Shown: positions 49,715 through 61,955 of the stretch, piece after piece | How the letters are laid out: each line of letters begins with the position of its first letter | Position numbering within the stretch: position 1 is the first letter of the stretch | From: Aplysia californica | Lineage: Eukaryota | Assembly: GCF_000002075.1 (NCBI RefSeq) | Contig: NW_004797741.1 | Coordinates: forward strand, 436,822-499,792 | DNA length: 62,971 bases | Direction: 5' to 3' | Translations under genes and position numbers: made by a program | Notes under the pieces: generated by a model | What the model was told of the DNA's origin: nothing | What the model saw: only the letters and a program-made list of their open reading frames with translations | The model's database searches: none

Positions 49715-51873
49715 CTGAGGAAAGAAAACATTTTCAGGATAGAGATATTAAACGATATGGGGTGAACATCAACAAATACAATCACTCATTAACAATGGGG
49801 AAACAAAATTTTTGTCAGAAGGAAAACTATTGTTCTAACTATGCCTGAACTGAGAGTAAAACTGAGTGTTTTCCAGTTGGAAACAGAGGCAGCAAATACT
49901 AATTTGGGACCAGCCATGTGCAAGAGTTCAATTAACACAAGCCTTATCAAACAACTCCATAACTCTGTTCCATGCAATATCGTGTCAGTCGTCTTGCAAT
50001 AAAACTTACCATTTTTGTCCTCATCATCATCGTTATTTCTACTATTACCAAAAAGCTGGACTTAATACAAGCAGAAACAAATCCACACGTTTTTTTTGGT
50101 GGTCCAACCAACAAATAATCTTGAGTAAACATTAATTCTAAAGAGATCTAGAGATATTCAGCAAAAATGCTATTATTATTGACCATGGACGTAAAAGAAC
50201 AGATACACATTTAAGAACAAGAGGAGGTCTGAAATAGAGGTCCATGAAGTGGTTATTACATTACAGACTTACTAAGTCATGGAAATTGGGGAACAGTACT
50301 GAACAATGTTATGTTTGTCAAAGGTTTCTGAACAAAACAAGAATTTTTCTAACAACAAATGTTCAATTAAAACACAATATAGTTAAAACAGTATGCCAAT
50401 CCTCCTCCTCCCCCTCCTAACCCNNNNNNNNNNNNNNNNNNNNNNNNNNNNNNNNNNNNNNNNNNNNNNNNNNNNNNNNNNNNNNNNNNNNNNNNNNNNN
50501 NNNNNNNNNNNNNNNNNNNNNNNNNNNNNNNNNNNNNNNNNNNNNNNNNNNNNNNNNNNNNNNNNNNNNNNNNNNNNNNNNNNNNNNNNNNNNNNNNNNN
50601 NNNNNNNNNNNNNNNNNNNNNNNNNNNNNNNNNNNNNNNNNNNNNNNNNNNNNNNNNNNNNNNNNNNNNNNNNNNNNNNNNNNNNNNNNNNNNNNNNNNN
50701 NNNNNNNNNNNNNNNNNNNNNNNNNNNNNNNNNNNNNNNNNNNNNNNNNNNNNNNNNNNNNNNNNNNNNNNNNNNNNNNNNNNNNNNNNNNNNNNNNNNN
50801 NNNNNNNNNNNNNNNNNNNNNNNNNNNNNNNNNNNNNNNNNNNNNNNNNNNNNNNNNNNNNNNNNNNNNNNNNNNNNNNNNNNNNNNNNNNNNNNNNNNN
50901 NNNNNNNNNNNNNNNNNNNNNNNNNNNNNNNNNNNNNNNNNNNNNNNNNNNNNNNNNNNNNNNNNNNNNNNNNNNNNNNNNNNNNNNNNNNNNNNNNNNN
51001 NNNNNNNNNNNNNNNNNNNNNNNNNTATATATATATATTAAGTAGAGGTTGTTCGGCACTCGCAACTGCATAAGGGCATATGAGCACCAAGGGGTGGATG
51101 TCAACAGAGAAGTCTTTACAGGGAATCAGGCTTACTCTGCTCACCTCTCAAGCTTCAACAGCACAAAGTCTGTTTCGACTTTCAAGGCACCCCGGAAATA
51201 CCGAGTCACAAGAGTGTGACAAACATACAAAAGAAGCAGAGGGAAAATGACAATAGTAAGGATTAGGAAAGAAAAAGCAGCAGTTCCCTGTTGTAGATCA
51301 GGCACAGTTATGAGCGTGACATTGATGAATCGTGCCCATTTACAATTCTACCGTGCATGAACGAGAAATGTCCCCCCCCCCCTTTGGGAGTGGCCTAGAG
51401 ACACTTCAGTCAGTGGCACCGCCCCTGGGGGTTTTAATGAACTCAAAACTAACTTGCCTTGTTAATGTACTTAACAACAGTTTATTTTTGGCCGGTGCTA
51501 CTCGCCCGATGTTGGGTGACTAGCGCCAGGCTACTCGCCCGATGTCGGGTGACTGAGGCTACTTGCCCGATGTCGAGTGACAAGCGCCAGGCTACAGGCC
51601 CTATGTCGGGTGACTATAGCGCCAGGCTACTCGCCCGATCTAGGGTGGCTAGCGTCAGAAATGCAGCGCCGTGATGTTATTAAAGATTGTCTAACTACTG
51701 TTTCAATTCAATTGCCCTATCTCATGTCTGAACGAGACTTGGGCGCTAGATCTACCTCGTCTTCTTAGCGCGTGACACGAGTGTGTAAACAAACGTTCTA
51801 GCACTGAGTTGAAAGCAAAAAATTTTGTCTTCGGGGAGAGAGAGAAAGAGAGAGGAGGAGGAGGGGGGGGGAG

Positions 51874-51931
<58 letters not shown>

Positions 51932-54900
51932 CTGCAATCTGCGATTGCAAACGTTCACGTGAAAAGTGGCAAAATTTTGAAATTGTTTCACTTAGGTCTT
52001 TAAGACTTTGGAAAGTTTTTTCCCACATATAATTCAGCTGCCATGTTGACTGATCCGACTCTTGACTTGGAGGACAAGAGGTGACCGACTGAGTGATTGA
52101 TCACGCGAATTTTAAAGGAGCATGCGCAGAAATCCCCACGGGCCAGAACTCGGAACATGCGCAGAAATCCCAAGGGCCAGAAGCCGCAGGCCAGGCGGGG
52201 CTAATCGACCGAATTTGTTCGCCCGGAACATGCACCGAAATCCTAGATCGGGCGAGTAGCCTGATGCTAGTCACCCGACATCGGGCGAGTAGCCACTCCG
52301 TTTATTTGTAAAGCAGTTCAATTTTTACATTATTTTCCCTTTATCTATTTATTTTCTGTAATTATTCCCCCAAACAGCCCCGAAGCTGATAGAAACAGTA
52401 ACAAAGTCATGAACGCATTGTATTCATGCTCTAACTACATACACACTGCTTCTAACGCATAGGCAGAGGAAAACAGTAAGAGTTAGTTGAAGGGCACAAC
52501 ATCGAACCCAATTTGTCTGAAAAGACTCAAACAACATAAATACTGCAATAATTAGTAGGAGAGAACACATTAAAACATCCACCAACCACTCACAAAACAG
52601 AGCAACATGAACAAACCTGCAAAGAGGAGGTCCTCTCTAAGGCAGGAGCCAGCTTGCAGATGCCCGAGTCCAACAACAAGTTGGTGCTCAGATCAAGCTG
52701 GCGTAACTTTTTGGCGTGTGTGATGAGCTCGGCCAGACTGTCACAGGCTCCACTGGTCAGGCCACAGTTCTCGACACACAGCTCGCTGCAGCTGGACTCA
52801 GGGAGGAACTTCACCAGCGCCTGGGGAAAATTTCAAATTTGTTTTCAGATTACTCATTTGTTGTTGATTTAAATACAATTGACATACATATTCCCTGTAT
52901 AAAGGAGTCCAAAGAAGGCCATGTGAAAACTGGAGAAGAGTCACATGGAATGATATACAGAAAAGTGGAAAGACATGGAATAATGTCAAAAAGTGAACCT
53001 AGAGGATAAGGAAAAATGGAAAGTGCAATTGTCGGAGGCCTGAGCCCTGATCCAGGGTGAGAAATGTTATGATGATGGAGAGGAAGTCAAAGAGACAAGC
53101 AAAAGAGCACAGCAGAGACCGCTGATTTCTCCAAAAGCAGGACACATTTATTAAACTGTTCAAGTCTGCTATATCAGGTCGGGAAGTCGGGATAGTCACA
53201 GAGTCAGGGCACACCTGTCAAACACAGCATCGGATTTGCTTCATCTTGACTGAATCCGGAAGTTAAAACCAGCCAGCTATGATCTGCAATGAGTGCAGAA
53301 TCTATGTCACTAACCGGGGCACCAAGGTTCAAAAGGTAAAACACAAAACCTCTCCAGTGACTGTAATTATAGCTCCAAGAGCAACATCCGTAAGTCTCGG
53401 CTGCAACTGTAGGGGATTCGAAAAATTTCACAGATGCTCTGGTACATGAACATTTCAACCAACTGATTGGGGGGCGGGGGTGGGGGAGGGGGAGGGGCGG
53501 CTCGATGTGCTGTGGTTCAGGCATTACACCCCTCTCCCCCTCCAGAATAAGTTTTGGCCTAATTTTACCAAGAGGTCACCCTCCAATTGGTTGTTTGTAG
53601 ATTTTATTTAAATTTGATTATGACGCATTAAAAAAAAACTAACACATTTGATTTTAGATGATCATATCATCGATGTGCAATAAGCTGCATCAACTTAGAC
53701 AACTCTTTTATGTCGCCACCATCCGGCAGACCATGCAGAAGTGGAATAGCTTAAAAATTAAGAGTACACTGCTCGGAGTTGAGGGGAGAAGACTAAAAGC
53801 AAAAAAAGAATCGACAGTTTAAATGTGATTATAAAAAGTCAATAAACCAGTACGAAATCCTTTCCAATTTCAGTTACAAACATCATATATTATTTAGTCA
53901 ACACAATAACAAGACGAAAGATTNNNNNNNNNNNNNNNNNNNNNNNNNNNNNNNNNNNNNNNNNNNNNNNNNNNNNNNNNNNNNNNNNNNNNNNNNNNNN
54001 NNNNNNNNNNNNNNNNNNNNNNNTGCTGCTGCTGCTGCTGCTGTTGGTGTTGTTGCTAATACTGCTGCTGTTGTTTACGTTGTTGTTGTTATTGTTTGTA
54101 GGGAAAGGCTGAACTTTGGTTTGCAAGTTGATTCTTTTAAAAATCCGTTTGCTTTTTATAGCGGGTTAAACTTTGTTGATTTTATTTCCTTTTTTTAATT
54201 TCTGGTCTAGGTTTTGATGTAGACTTTAGAATATTTGACACGCCTTATGGTGAAGCCTTTTCCCAAAGCTGTTCGGTAGCCTGTTAAAAAAAACAACAAA
54301 AAAACAAAGAAAACAACCGCAAACATACACACAAAAACAAAGAAAAACCCATCTCCCCCTTTTCCCCAAATCCACACAATAACCCTCTAAAAATGGCAAC
54401 AAATCTAACAGACTTGGAGAAGTATATTTCCTATGTCGTTGAGGACCTCCTCAGCAATAATATTATTTTTACAGTCATCACAAAAATAAGATGGAAGAAT
54501 GGAACCCCTCACCTTTCCAAATCCAACCCAAACAATAGATAAATCCTTCAAAAATGGCAAATACGAACCGACTTGCAGAAGCATATTTCCCTTATTGTTG
54601 AGGAGGACTATCTCCGCAATTAATAATAATATTATGAAAACTGTTATGATCCTTCATTTCATTTGTTGCTCTGAAAGCCCGTTGTAACCGCAACAACAGT
54701 AACACCCCCCTCCCCAATCCTCAATTCCCCTTTCCACTTTTCAACACAATGTTTCCCGATAAAAAAAATGTAAAAAACGACTTTGCCCTACCTGCATGCC
54801 TTCATTGCCGATGGTGTTCCTACTGAGGTCCAAGACACAGAGGCTTCTGTTCCTCGCCAGACCCTCTGACAGCGCATAGCATCCCGGCGCCGTGATGTTG

Positions 54901-55764
54901 TTGTTCCTCAGCCTGAGCTTCTGCAGGCTGGAGTTGGACCTCAGCATATCTCGCAGGTGGGAGCAGCTCTCGTCGCTAATCTCCAGGAAGCTCAGGTCAA
55001 GGTCGACCAGAGTCCGGTTGGCGGCTACGGCTGAGGTGATTGTCTTGATGGCTGCCAGGTCGAGGCTGGTGGAAGAGAGATTCAGGTTGCGTAGGGATTT
55101 CGTATTCTGAAGAAGCTCGGACAGCGAGTCCGCCCCGACCTGGTCCACGACGTTCAGACGCAAGTCCAAAGAGTGCACAGTGCTGTTCTCCTGAAGCGCC
55201 TTCGCCACCACGCTTATGTCCACCCCCGAGAGCTGCGTCTTGCCAAGGTGCAGCTGACTGATGCAGTTGTGAGACTTGACCATCTGAGCCAGCGCCTCGG
55301 CCCTTCGTCCGGAGAGGTCGTGACCCGTGACGCACACACTCATCATCACCAGACCCGGGTACGCCCCCGGTTCGCCGTTGCGACACGAGTCGGAGTCTCC
55401 CTCCAGTAAGGAGTAGGCCGATGCCCGGGAGGACGCTTTGCTGAGCCTCTTGTCCCCACTGGCCCGCACACGCTCCAGCTCCACCAGAGGCTTGAGGGAA
55501 AGGTCAGGGGCCAGGTAGCCCACGTCAAAGGTCACGTTCTTCTCCTCCTCCAGCACAGAGCTCTCGCTGGCGCTGCACTGCACCTCGTTGATGATGCGGT
55601 CCATCTCCCGCATCACCTGGAGGACCTGGAGCAAGCAACACACTCAATATGAGCTGATTGTTTTCGTTTGACTTTAGTAAGAGTTTTACAGCGCTTGCGA
55701 CACAAAGACGTCATAATGTAAGTGTTGAAGAAAAAGTAGATAATATTATTGGTTTGATGCTTCA

Positions 55765-55848
<84 letters not shown>

Positions 55849-56412
55849 TCACATTCTCTCTTTCACACATGTCTGTGCACATAACAATAATGATGCAGTT
55901 GGATGCTTGCACTCACAAACAGGCTCAGAGTCACATGCATAATAGATTCTATATAAATGACAACAATAGTTAAAATTAATAGTCTTAAGCTGGATACGTA
56001 ATCAGTATTCTGATTGTGACCCAATGGTATTCTGATTGTATGCTTTAAAGGTCATAGGAATTCTTATATTACAAGATGGTATTACTAGTAAGTAACAGAA
56101 AGGAAACGAGGAGAGATAATGATGATAGATGTTTGATAGGAAAGAAGGAGCGAATAACAGAAGAGCACCCATCAACCAGGGTTGGTGATTTTTTATATTT
56201 TTTTCATAAAAATAAAAAAAATCGATTTTTTAAATTTAAATCATGATTTTTTAAATTTAAATCAGATTTTTTGATTTTTTTGATTTTTTAAAAAATGTCG
56301 ACACAGTTTGGGATTTTTGGCTACTAAAAGTATGTTCTTTTAGTGCAAAATGCATTGTCTTTATTTTAACTAATGATTAAATTAAGCAACCTCAAAAGAA
56401 AGCCTTAATCTG

Positions 56413-56471
<59 letters not shown>

Positions 56472-59022
56472 TGAATTATGGCTACAGACAAAAAATGAAG
56501 AAAATGTCAGTCTAAAAGGAAGGGGGGGGGGGTAATTATGCATAGATAAACTTGCATTTTATTACAGTGTGTGTGTGTGTGTGTGTGCATGCGCTTGTGT
56601 TTGTGTAAAAAGAAAAAGAAAATGTTAATTTCAATAATGAAAAAAAAGTAAATTGAATGCTGTATTATTTTACAGTGACAGGGGGGAAAGCAGACTTTTA
56701 AGCATGATTTTATTAGTCTACTAAACCTTATATGTTTTATAAAACCAAGGAAAGGAATTCTGAATATTTAAAGATGTAAAAACAGAATACATTTTTTAAA
56801 AGTGATTTAAATCACTGGGTTAATTGAATATTGTATTATTTTACAGTGACAAGGGGGAAAGCAAAATTTTAAGCATGATTATATTAGTGTACTAAACCTT
56901 ATATGTTTAATAAAACCAAGGAAAGGAACTCTGAATGTTCAAATATGTAAAAACTGAATACATTTGTTAAAAAGTGATTTAAATCACTGATTAAAAAAAA
57001 AAAATCAAGTTGATTGAAATATACAAAAAATCAACTGATTTAAATCAACCCAGCTCTGATTTCAATTATGGAAAAAAAAGTAAATTGAATACTGTATTAT
57101 TTTACAGTGAAAGGTGGGAAAGAAGACTTTTAAACATGATTATATTAGTCTACTTAACCTTATATCTGTTTTATGAAACCAAGGAAGGGAATTCTGAATG
57201 TTGAAATATGTAAAAACTGAATAAAAATGTAAAAAATTTTTAAGTGATTTAAATCACTGATATTTATCCAAAAAATCAAGTTGATTTAAATCAAAAAAAT
57301 CAACTGATTTAAATCAACCCAACCCTGCCATCAACCACCCTCACTTGTTGTTTGTTTTCGTTTGGATAAAGAAAAGCACAATAATGGTCATTTAGTGCTG
57401 GGAAAAAGCAAGATGGACAGACAGAAACAATAGAGCAAAAAGAAAAGAAGCAGGATGCTCCAGTGGCTCCCTCCATTCACCCACAATCTGAACTGAGAAA
57501 TGGTAATCAGGAGGTGCTACACGATAGATAAAGGGCAGTTGTGGATGAGATGAGAGAATAAAAGATTGAGAAAAGATAAGAACACAAACACAATAAAAAA
57601 GAAAGACTGACAGACTGATCAAGGTAAAAGTGGGAACGAAAAGAAATGGCCGTCTAACAAGTAGGGTCTGAAACATCACAGCCACAAGAACAGCATGGAA
57701 TTACCTCTAGGATCTCAGTGGAAGCTCCAGAAGTCGCTAGCACATCACAGAATGCAGGAATGAGTTCGGGTTCACCATCTCCCATCAAATCTACCAAACC
57801 CTCACACACCGAGCGTCGATCCCGTGTCCCTGCGTACGTCTGGATGTCCACGTCGCTCAACAGACCAGCGTCCTTCAGCCTGCCCAGCATGGGGTAAGGG
57901 TCAAACCGTTGCCGGAGCAACTCCCCGACATTGTTCATGATGTGACGCTGGCGAGTTACCTCCCCTTTCTCGCTGGACCGTCGACGCACTCGGCCGGGTC
58001 TCTTCGCACGCAGCTCTGGCGTCACGATTTTAGGCCTTTGAGCCGAGACTTCGGGCCGCGACGTCGGCTGCTGCGCGGTCGATGGAATGGATGCTGTATT
58101 TTCCTCAACGTCAGCGCCTTGGGCTGAAGACGCTGTCTGTATAGAAGGATCTGTTGCTGCTCTCTGTACAACTGCGGTCAGTGGTTCTTCGTGTCCTTCA
58201 CTGGCGAGGCTATCGTGGTGCAGTCTTTGCTCTCCCGTGCAAGGAGCTTTGCTGACGAGGTTGTTGTTTTCCCCTGCGTTCTTGCTCTCGGCCTCATTCC
58301 CTGAGCTGTCGCCGTGGCCATCCGACTTGGAGGAGTCCGAGGAGAAGGCTTGAATCTGTGCTTTGAGTTCCGCCACTCGCTCACAGTTCATGTAAGTGGC
58401 TTCTTCAGTTTGGTCCTGGTTCGCGTCTGGATGCCTTCCTGAGTTGGTGGATGGGGTACTGGGGAAAACACACAAAGAGGAGGAGAGAATAAAGATGTAT
58501 ATGAGATATTAATTCAAAATGAGAGTAGAAAAAATATCACACAGACGCAGCTACTACGTGGCGTGGAAAATTTAAGTGTCAATATCGTGGCCAACCATAC
58601 TAGCTTACCGTTAGAGGGAGAAGACCATCACATTTTCAGGAATTTAGCTTTTAAAAGGTAAAAAGGACACTCCAAGCAAGGCACGAACAATAAATAAAAA
58701 GCCTCGCTTGGGTGGCTAGTTCATCGTGCCCATCATGCGTCAAATCACATACAACTGCTAAAACCTGTTTTGTTAGTAAGGCAACCAGACAGGAACCAGT
58801 GCTACTTCATCACCAAAACGAAACCTTCTATTACCCCCAGTCTTTCCAAACTAAAGAACAACGTCCAAGCGCCAAAAAACGTTGCTTAAAACACATTAAA
58901 AATAGATAAGATAAAAATTAACTTAACTTTGCCTTCAACTTAGGAAGAGCCTTTATTGCGTATTCCCTGTCAAATTTGGACAAACAGGACATAACTTTAT
59001 TTAAGAGAGAGGTTAAAATGGG

Positions 59023-59075
<53 letters not shown>

Positions 59076-59285
59076 GAACTGCATGCTTCCAACTTCCCCA
59101 AATTTTGAACTTTCGACGACGTTAGGCATTTCTTACCGGAACAAAAACAGCCTAGGGGGTTTGGGTGGCGGCACGGCGCCGCTGGTAAACCTGGGTGCCG
59201 GCGGCGGGTTCTCCACCACATCGGGCAGCGCGCTGGACAAGGGTGTGTAGTGCCTGGAGTCCTCTCTGCCCGTGTCGCCATCACC
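49636..59285 (-). CDS. CARD-like + ribonuclease-inhibitor-type LRR protein (NLR-like, no NACHT); partial model
   Basis: In-frame GT-AG exons at 59137-59285, 57705-58458, 54792-55625 and 52617-52820, with a probable terminal exon at 49636-49714. One exon is probably hidden in the gap at 50424-51025, and the 5' end is uncertain. Confidence 0.85.
50424..51025. other. Assembly gap (others: 43814-43988, 46402-46548, 53924-54023, 59462-59561)
   Basis: Runs of N. Confidence 1.
51045..51430 (-). repeat. Retroposon copy homologous to 29503-29890
   Basis: Shared blocks such as gggaatcaggcttactctgctcacctctc and acttcagtcagtggcac. Confidence 0.7.
51490..52300. mobile_element. MULE-like MITE with subterminal tandem repeats
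   Basis: GGCTACTCGCCCGATGTCGGGTGACTA occurs ~5 times at the left end and inverted twice at the right end; 9-bp flanks TTTATTTTT / TTTATTTGT. Confidence 0.75.
52617..52820 (-). CDS. CARD-LRR gene exon: two further LRRs
   Basis: ALVKFLPESSCSELCVENCGLTSGAC...LRQLDLSTNLLLDSGICKLAPALERTSSLQ; phase 0/0. Confidence 0.9.
54792..55625 (-). CDS. CARD-LRR gene exon: linker + six to seven RI-type LRRs
   Basis: LxxLxLxxNxI repeats at 28-aa spacing: ISQLHLGKTQL, VHSLDLRLNVV, LRNLNLSSTSL, LVDLDLSFLEI, LQKLRLRNNNI, LCVLDLSRNTI. 834 nt, phase 0/0. Confidence 0.93.
55766..55846. repeat. (AC)n microsatellite
   Basis: Direct reading. Confidence 0.95.
56177..57327. mobile_element. hAT MITE with an internal triplicated segment
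   Basis: CAGGGTTGG ... CCAACCCTG TIRs, a perfect 8-bp TSD CCATCAAC, GATTTAAATC repeats, and three ~170-240-bp internal copies (56640-57320). Confidence 0.88.
56414..56468. repeat. (TA)n microsatellite inside the hAT MITE
   Basis: Direct reading. Confidence 0.95.
57705..58458 (-). CDS. CARD-LRR gene exon: disordered region + CARD-like death fold
   Basis: Lies within ORF 57654-58475. The C-terminal ~80 aa (HIMNNVGELLRQRFDPYPMLGRLKDAGLLSDVD...LVDLMGDGEPELIPAFCDVLATSG) follow the CARD six-helix hydrophobic pattern. Confidence 0.85.
59137..59285 (-). CDS. CARD-LRR gene exon (Pro-rich)
   Basis: GDGDTGREDSRHYTPLSSALPDVVENPPPAPRFTSGAVPPPKPPRLFLF; ctag acceptor and GTAAGA donor; phase 2 joins the next exon in frame. 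Confidence 0.8.
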
Positions 59286-61910
59286 CTAGGAGGAGCACAA
59301 GAAGGAAGAGAATACATTAAGACAAGAGATTACATGTACACATATTGATCTCATTTTATGTGTTACTAAGGGTATACATGATATTATATCTCTTTCTCCT
59401 TCATTACTTCCATTACAAATGCCCTCCCCCCACCCCCGCCCCCCGCAGTCCCTTTCCTAAGNNNNNNNNNNNNNNNNNNNNNNNNNNNNNNNNNNNNNNN
59501 NNNNNNNNNNNNNNNNNNNNNNNNNNNNNNNNNNNNNNNNNNNNNNNNNNNNNNNNNNNNNAATATATATATATAATATACATACGATTATATACATACT
59601 TGCATACATTCTAGATTACATCTCGCGCGTGTCTGCTGGGTGGCCGAACGCGAATGTATATAATCTTAGCCTCTGTTTACGGCTCTGATAACCACCTCTT
59701 TTGTCATCATGGAGCTTAGACGATCGCATGTATGTGTTTATTTTTGTCTTTAGCTTCTGTGCTTGATTTGGCGAATTCTGTTTGTAGTTTTATGTTACTC
59801 CCTTATGCTTGGCCGAACCCCCTTGGCCTTTCTCCTCTTATGCCTATATGCCCTGGCGCTTGCTGCAGGTTGTAAAAGGCGTTTTTATGAGGGAACGTAC
59901 AGCTGCAGCGGTTTATGGTGTCAGCAAATGCGCCATGTCGGCTGGACGCTTGCCATAGAGGTTTCCATCCTCCTATTGGTTTATGCATGTTGTAGTCTAC
60001 AAGTTCGTTCGGTTTTCCTTCCTGTCTGTTGTTTTCGTCTCTCTGTCCCCCTTTTCAAGTTTTACCCACTTACTATCTTTACTCACTCACTCACACGTTT
60101 GCACACATACACGTGCATGTGCAGTCTCATCCTCTCGCTCTCTTTTACGCACACGTTCTGTCTCTGTCTGTCTGTCTCTCTCCCTCTCTTTCATAAAAAA
60201 AAAAAATGACACCCACACATCCACGCCCACACACATACACACTCCCGTGCTGGCACAGTGAACACTGACGTTTTTTTTCCTCTTTAAATGATGGTACTTC
60301 TAAAAGAAATTGTCTTGAACATGCCAGGTCTGACACTAAATCCAATAAATGGTTACCCAGAAGTACCTGGTTTATCACCCCGACGTCCCTGGTTTATCAC
60401 CCCGACCCCCCTCTTTATCACCCATTCTTTCTCTTTTGCCATTTCCACCGAGTGATAATTATTTCTCTCTTATATGTATACCCTAAGCGACGGAAACAGT
60501 GCGCCGATCGAGTGCAAAAGCAAAGTTCGACAAGGAAGTAACTTCAGATTCTAAACTCTTTCAAGCCCAATGCCCAATTTGTCTGCAAAAGTCTATAACC
60601 AGGACCCAGGTCTGAAAAAGGGAAAAATGGGGGGGGGGCACACCCAGTACATATACGCATAATAGCAAGAATGGCATACTCCATATTCTAGTCTTCTTTA
60701 ACTTTTTTAATTTACCGGGCTTAGTGACTTCAAAATCCCCAAACAGCATTGGTGTTAAGTGGGGCGGCGAGTTTGGATCTTATCAAATCCATCACTACCA
60801 ACATTCGAGGGCCACATTTACGTGCTACAAAAAAAAATTACTTCGAGCATCTAGAACAATCGACAACACTGACGTCACTCTTCTGAGTAGAGAGACGAAC
60901 TGCTCGCTCAGCTGGTTCCAGCCTTTCAATGTTTCCGTAAAGCAGTAACGTTCTGAGCAAATGAGGATAAGTAAAACTTGCATCTCTATGTTATGGATCT
61001 ATACAAGCCTCTTTACCGCCTACTTGATTCAAAACACTCCACAGGACTTTAAAAAAAGAAACTACACGGAAGTATGTTAACCTTTGAATATTGTGACTGG
61101 CGTTGGATTGACCTGGAGGGGGGGGGGGGGGGGGGGGGGGGGTTACCGTAACATGAGTGGGTACACTCGCGTGGACGGCGGAAATACCAACCAATCAATA
61201 TAATTATAGAAACAGACGCAAACACACACGTACATGGGGGAGGGGGGCGGGGGACTTAGGATTTGGTTTTTCCAAGTATTTTCTGACACAACATAAAGGT
61301 TGCTGTCAACCAAATACAATGGACATGGGGAAGGACAGTGAGTATTTTGTGGTGTTTTTTGGGTGTTGTTTTTCGTTTGTTTGGTTTCTTAAATTATCTT
61401 TTAAATTGCTTTTTAAACGATCCCTTACTTAACATACACATTGCAGCCAACCACATTCATAAGGGGGCTCGAAGTCTGTTGGGATTTTAAAACAATTTTC
61501 TCACACAATATAAACGTTGCTGCAAACCAAACAATATAATACTTGGGGGTGGGAGTGTTTTGGGATTTTTAAACAATTCTCTTTCACACAATAAAATTTG
61601 CAGACAAACGAATAGTATTTAAAATATATCTGAGCTTGCTGACAGGAAAAGGGAAAGACGAAATAAGGAGTAAGCTAATACGGTTTTGCTTTAAAAAGAT
61701 GAAGTGCACCAACTTAAAGAGGAAAAGCTGCCGGTAGCGAAATTTTGTGGAGAAGTGCTAAGCACTTTGTCACTTGAAGAGTCATGAGACTGAGACTACA
61801 AGGGAAGAGACTCTAGGAAGGAAAAAGAATCTTTGAATCGAACATCATGCTTGGATTTCCACAAGTTGGCCAAAAGTTCTGAACCAAAAGTGTCTCAGTC
61901 TTCAGCTTAC

Positions 61911-61955
61911 CAAACATTTGTCACAGAACCATGAATACCAACTATAGTAACGCCT
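61911..61955 (-). CDS. Candidate upstream 45-nt exon of CARD-LRR gene (RRYYSWYSWFCDKCL)
   Basis: tttgttcag acceptor and GTAAGC donor; open in the phase needed to join exon 59137-59285. Confidence 0.4.

Noticed and set aside
50367-51144. Long ORFs across N-runs (also at 43.7-44.0, 46.4, 53.9 and 59.4 kb)
   Set aside because: Artefacts of assembly gaps.
51490-51660. Regularly spaced ~30-bp repeats resembling a CRISPR array
   Set aside because: There are no unique spacers, the context is eukaryotic, and the repeats are subterminal units of a TIR element with an inverted copy at 52240-52300.
59763-60209. 148-aa hydrophobic plus-strand ORF
   Set aside because: Low-complexity and CT/AC-repeat derived, non-ATG start, and antisense within an intron.
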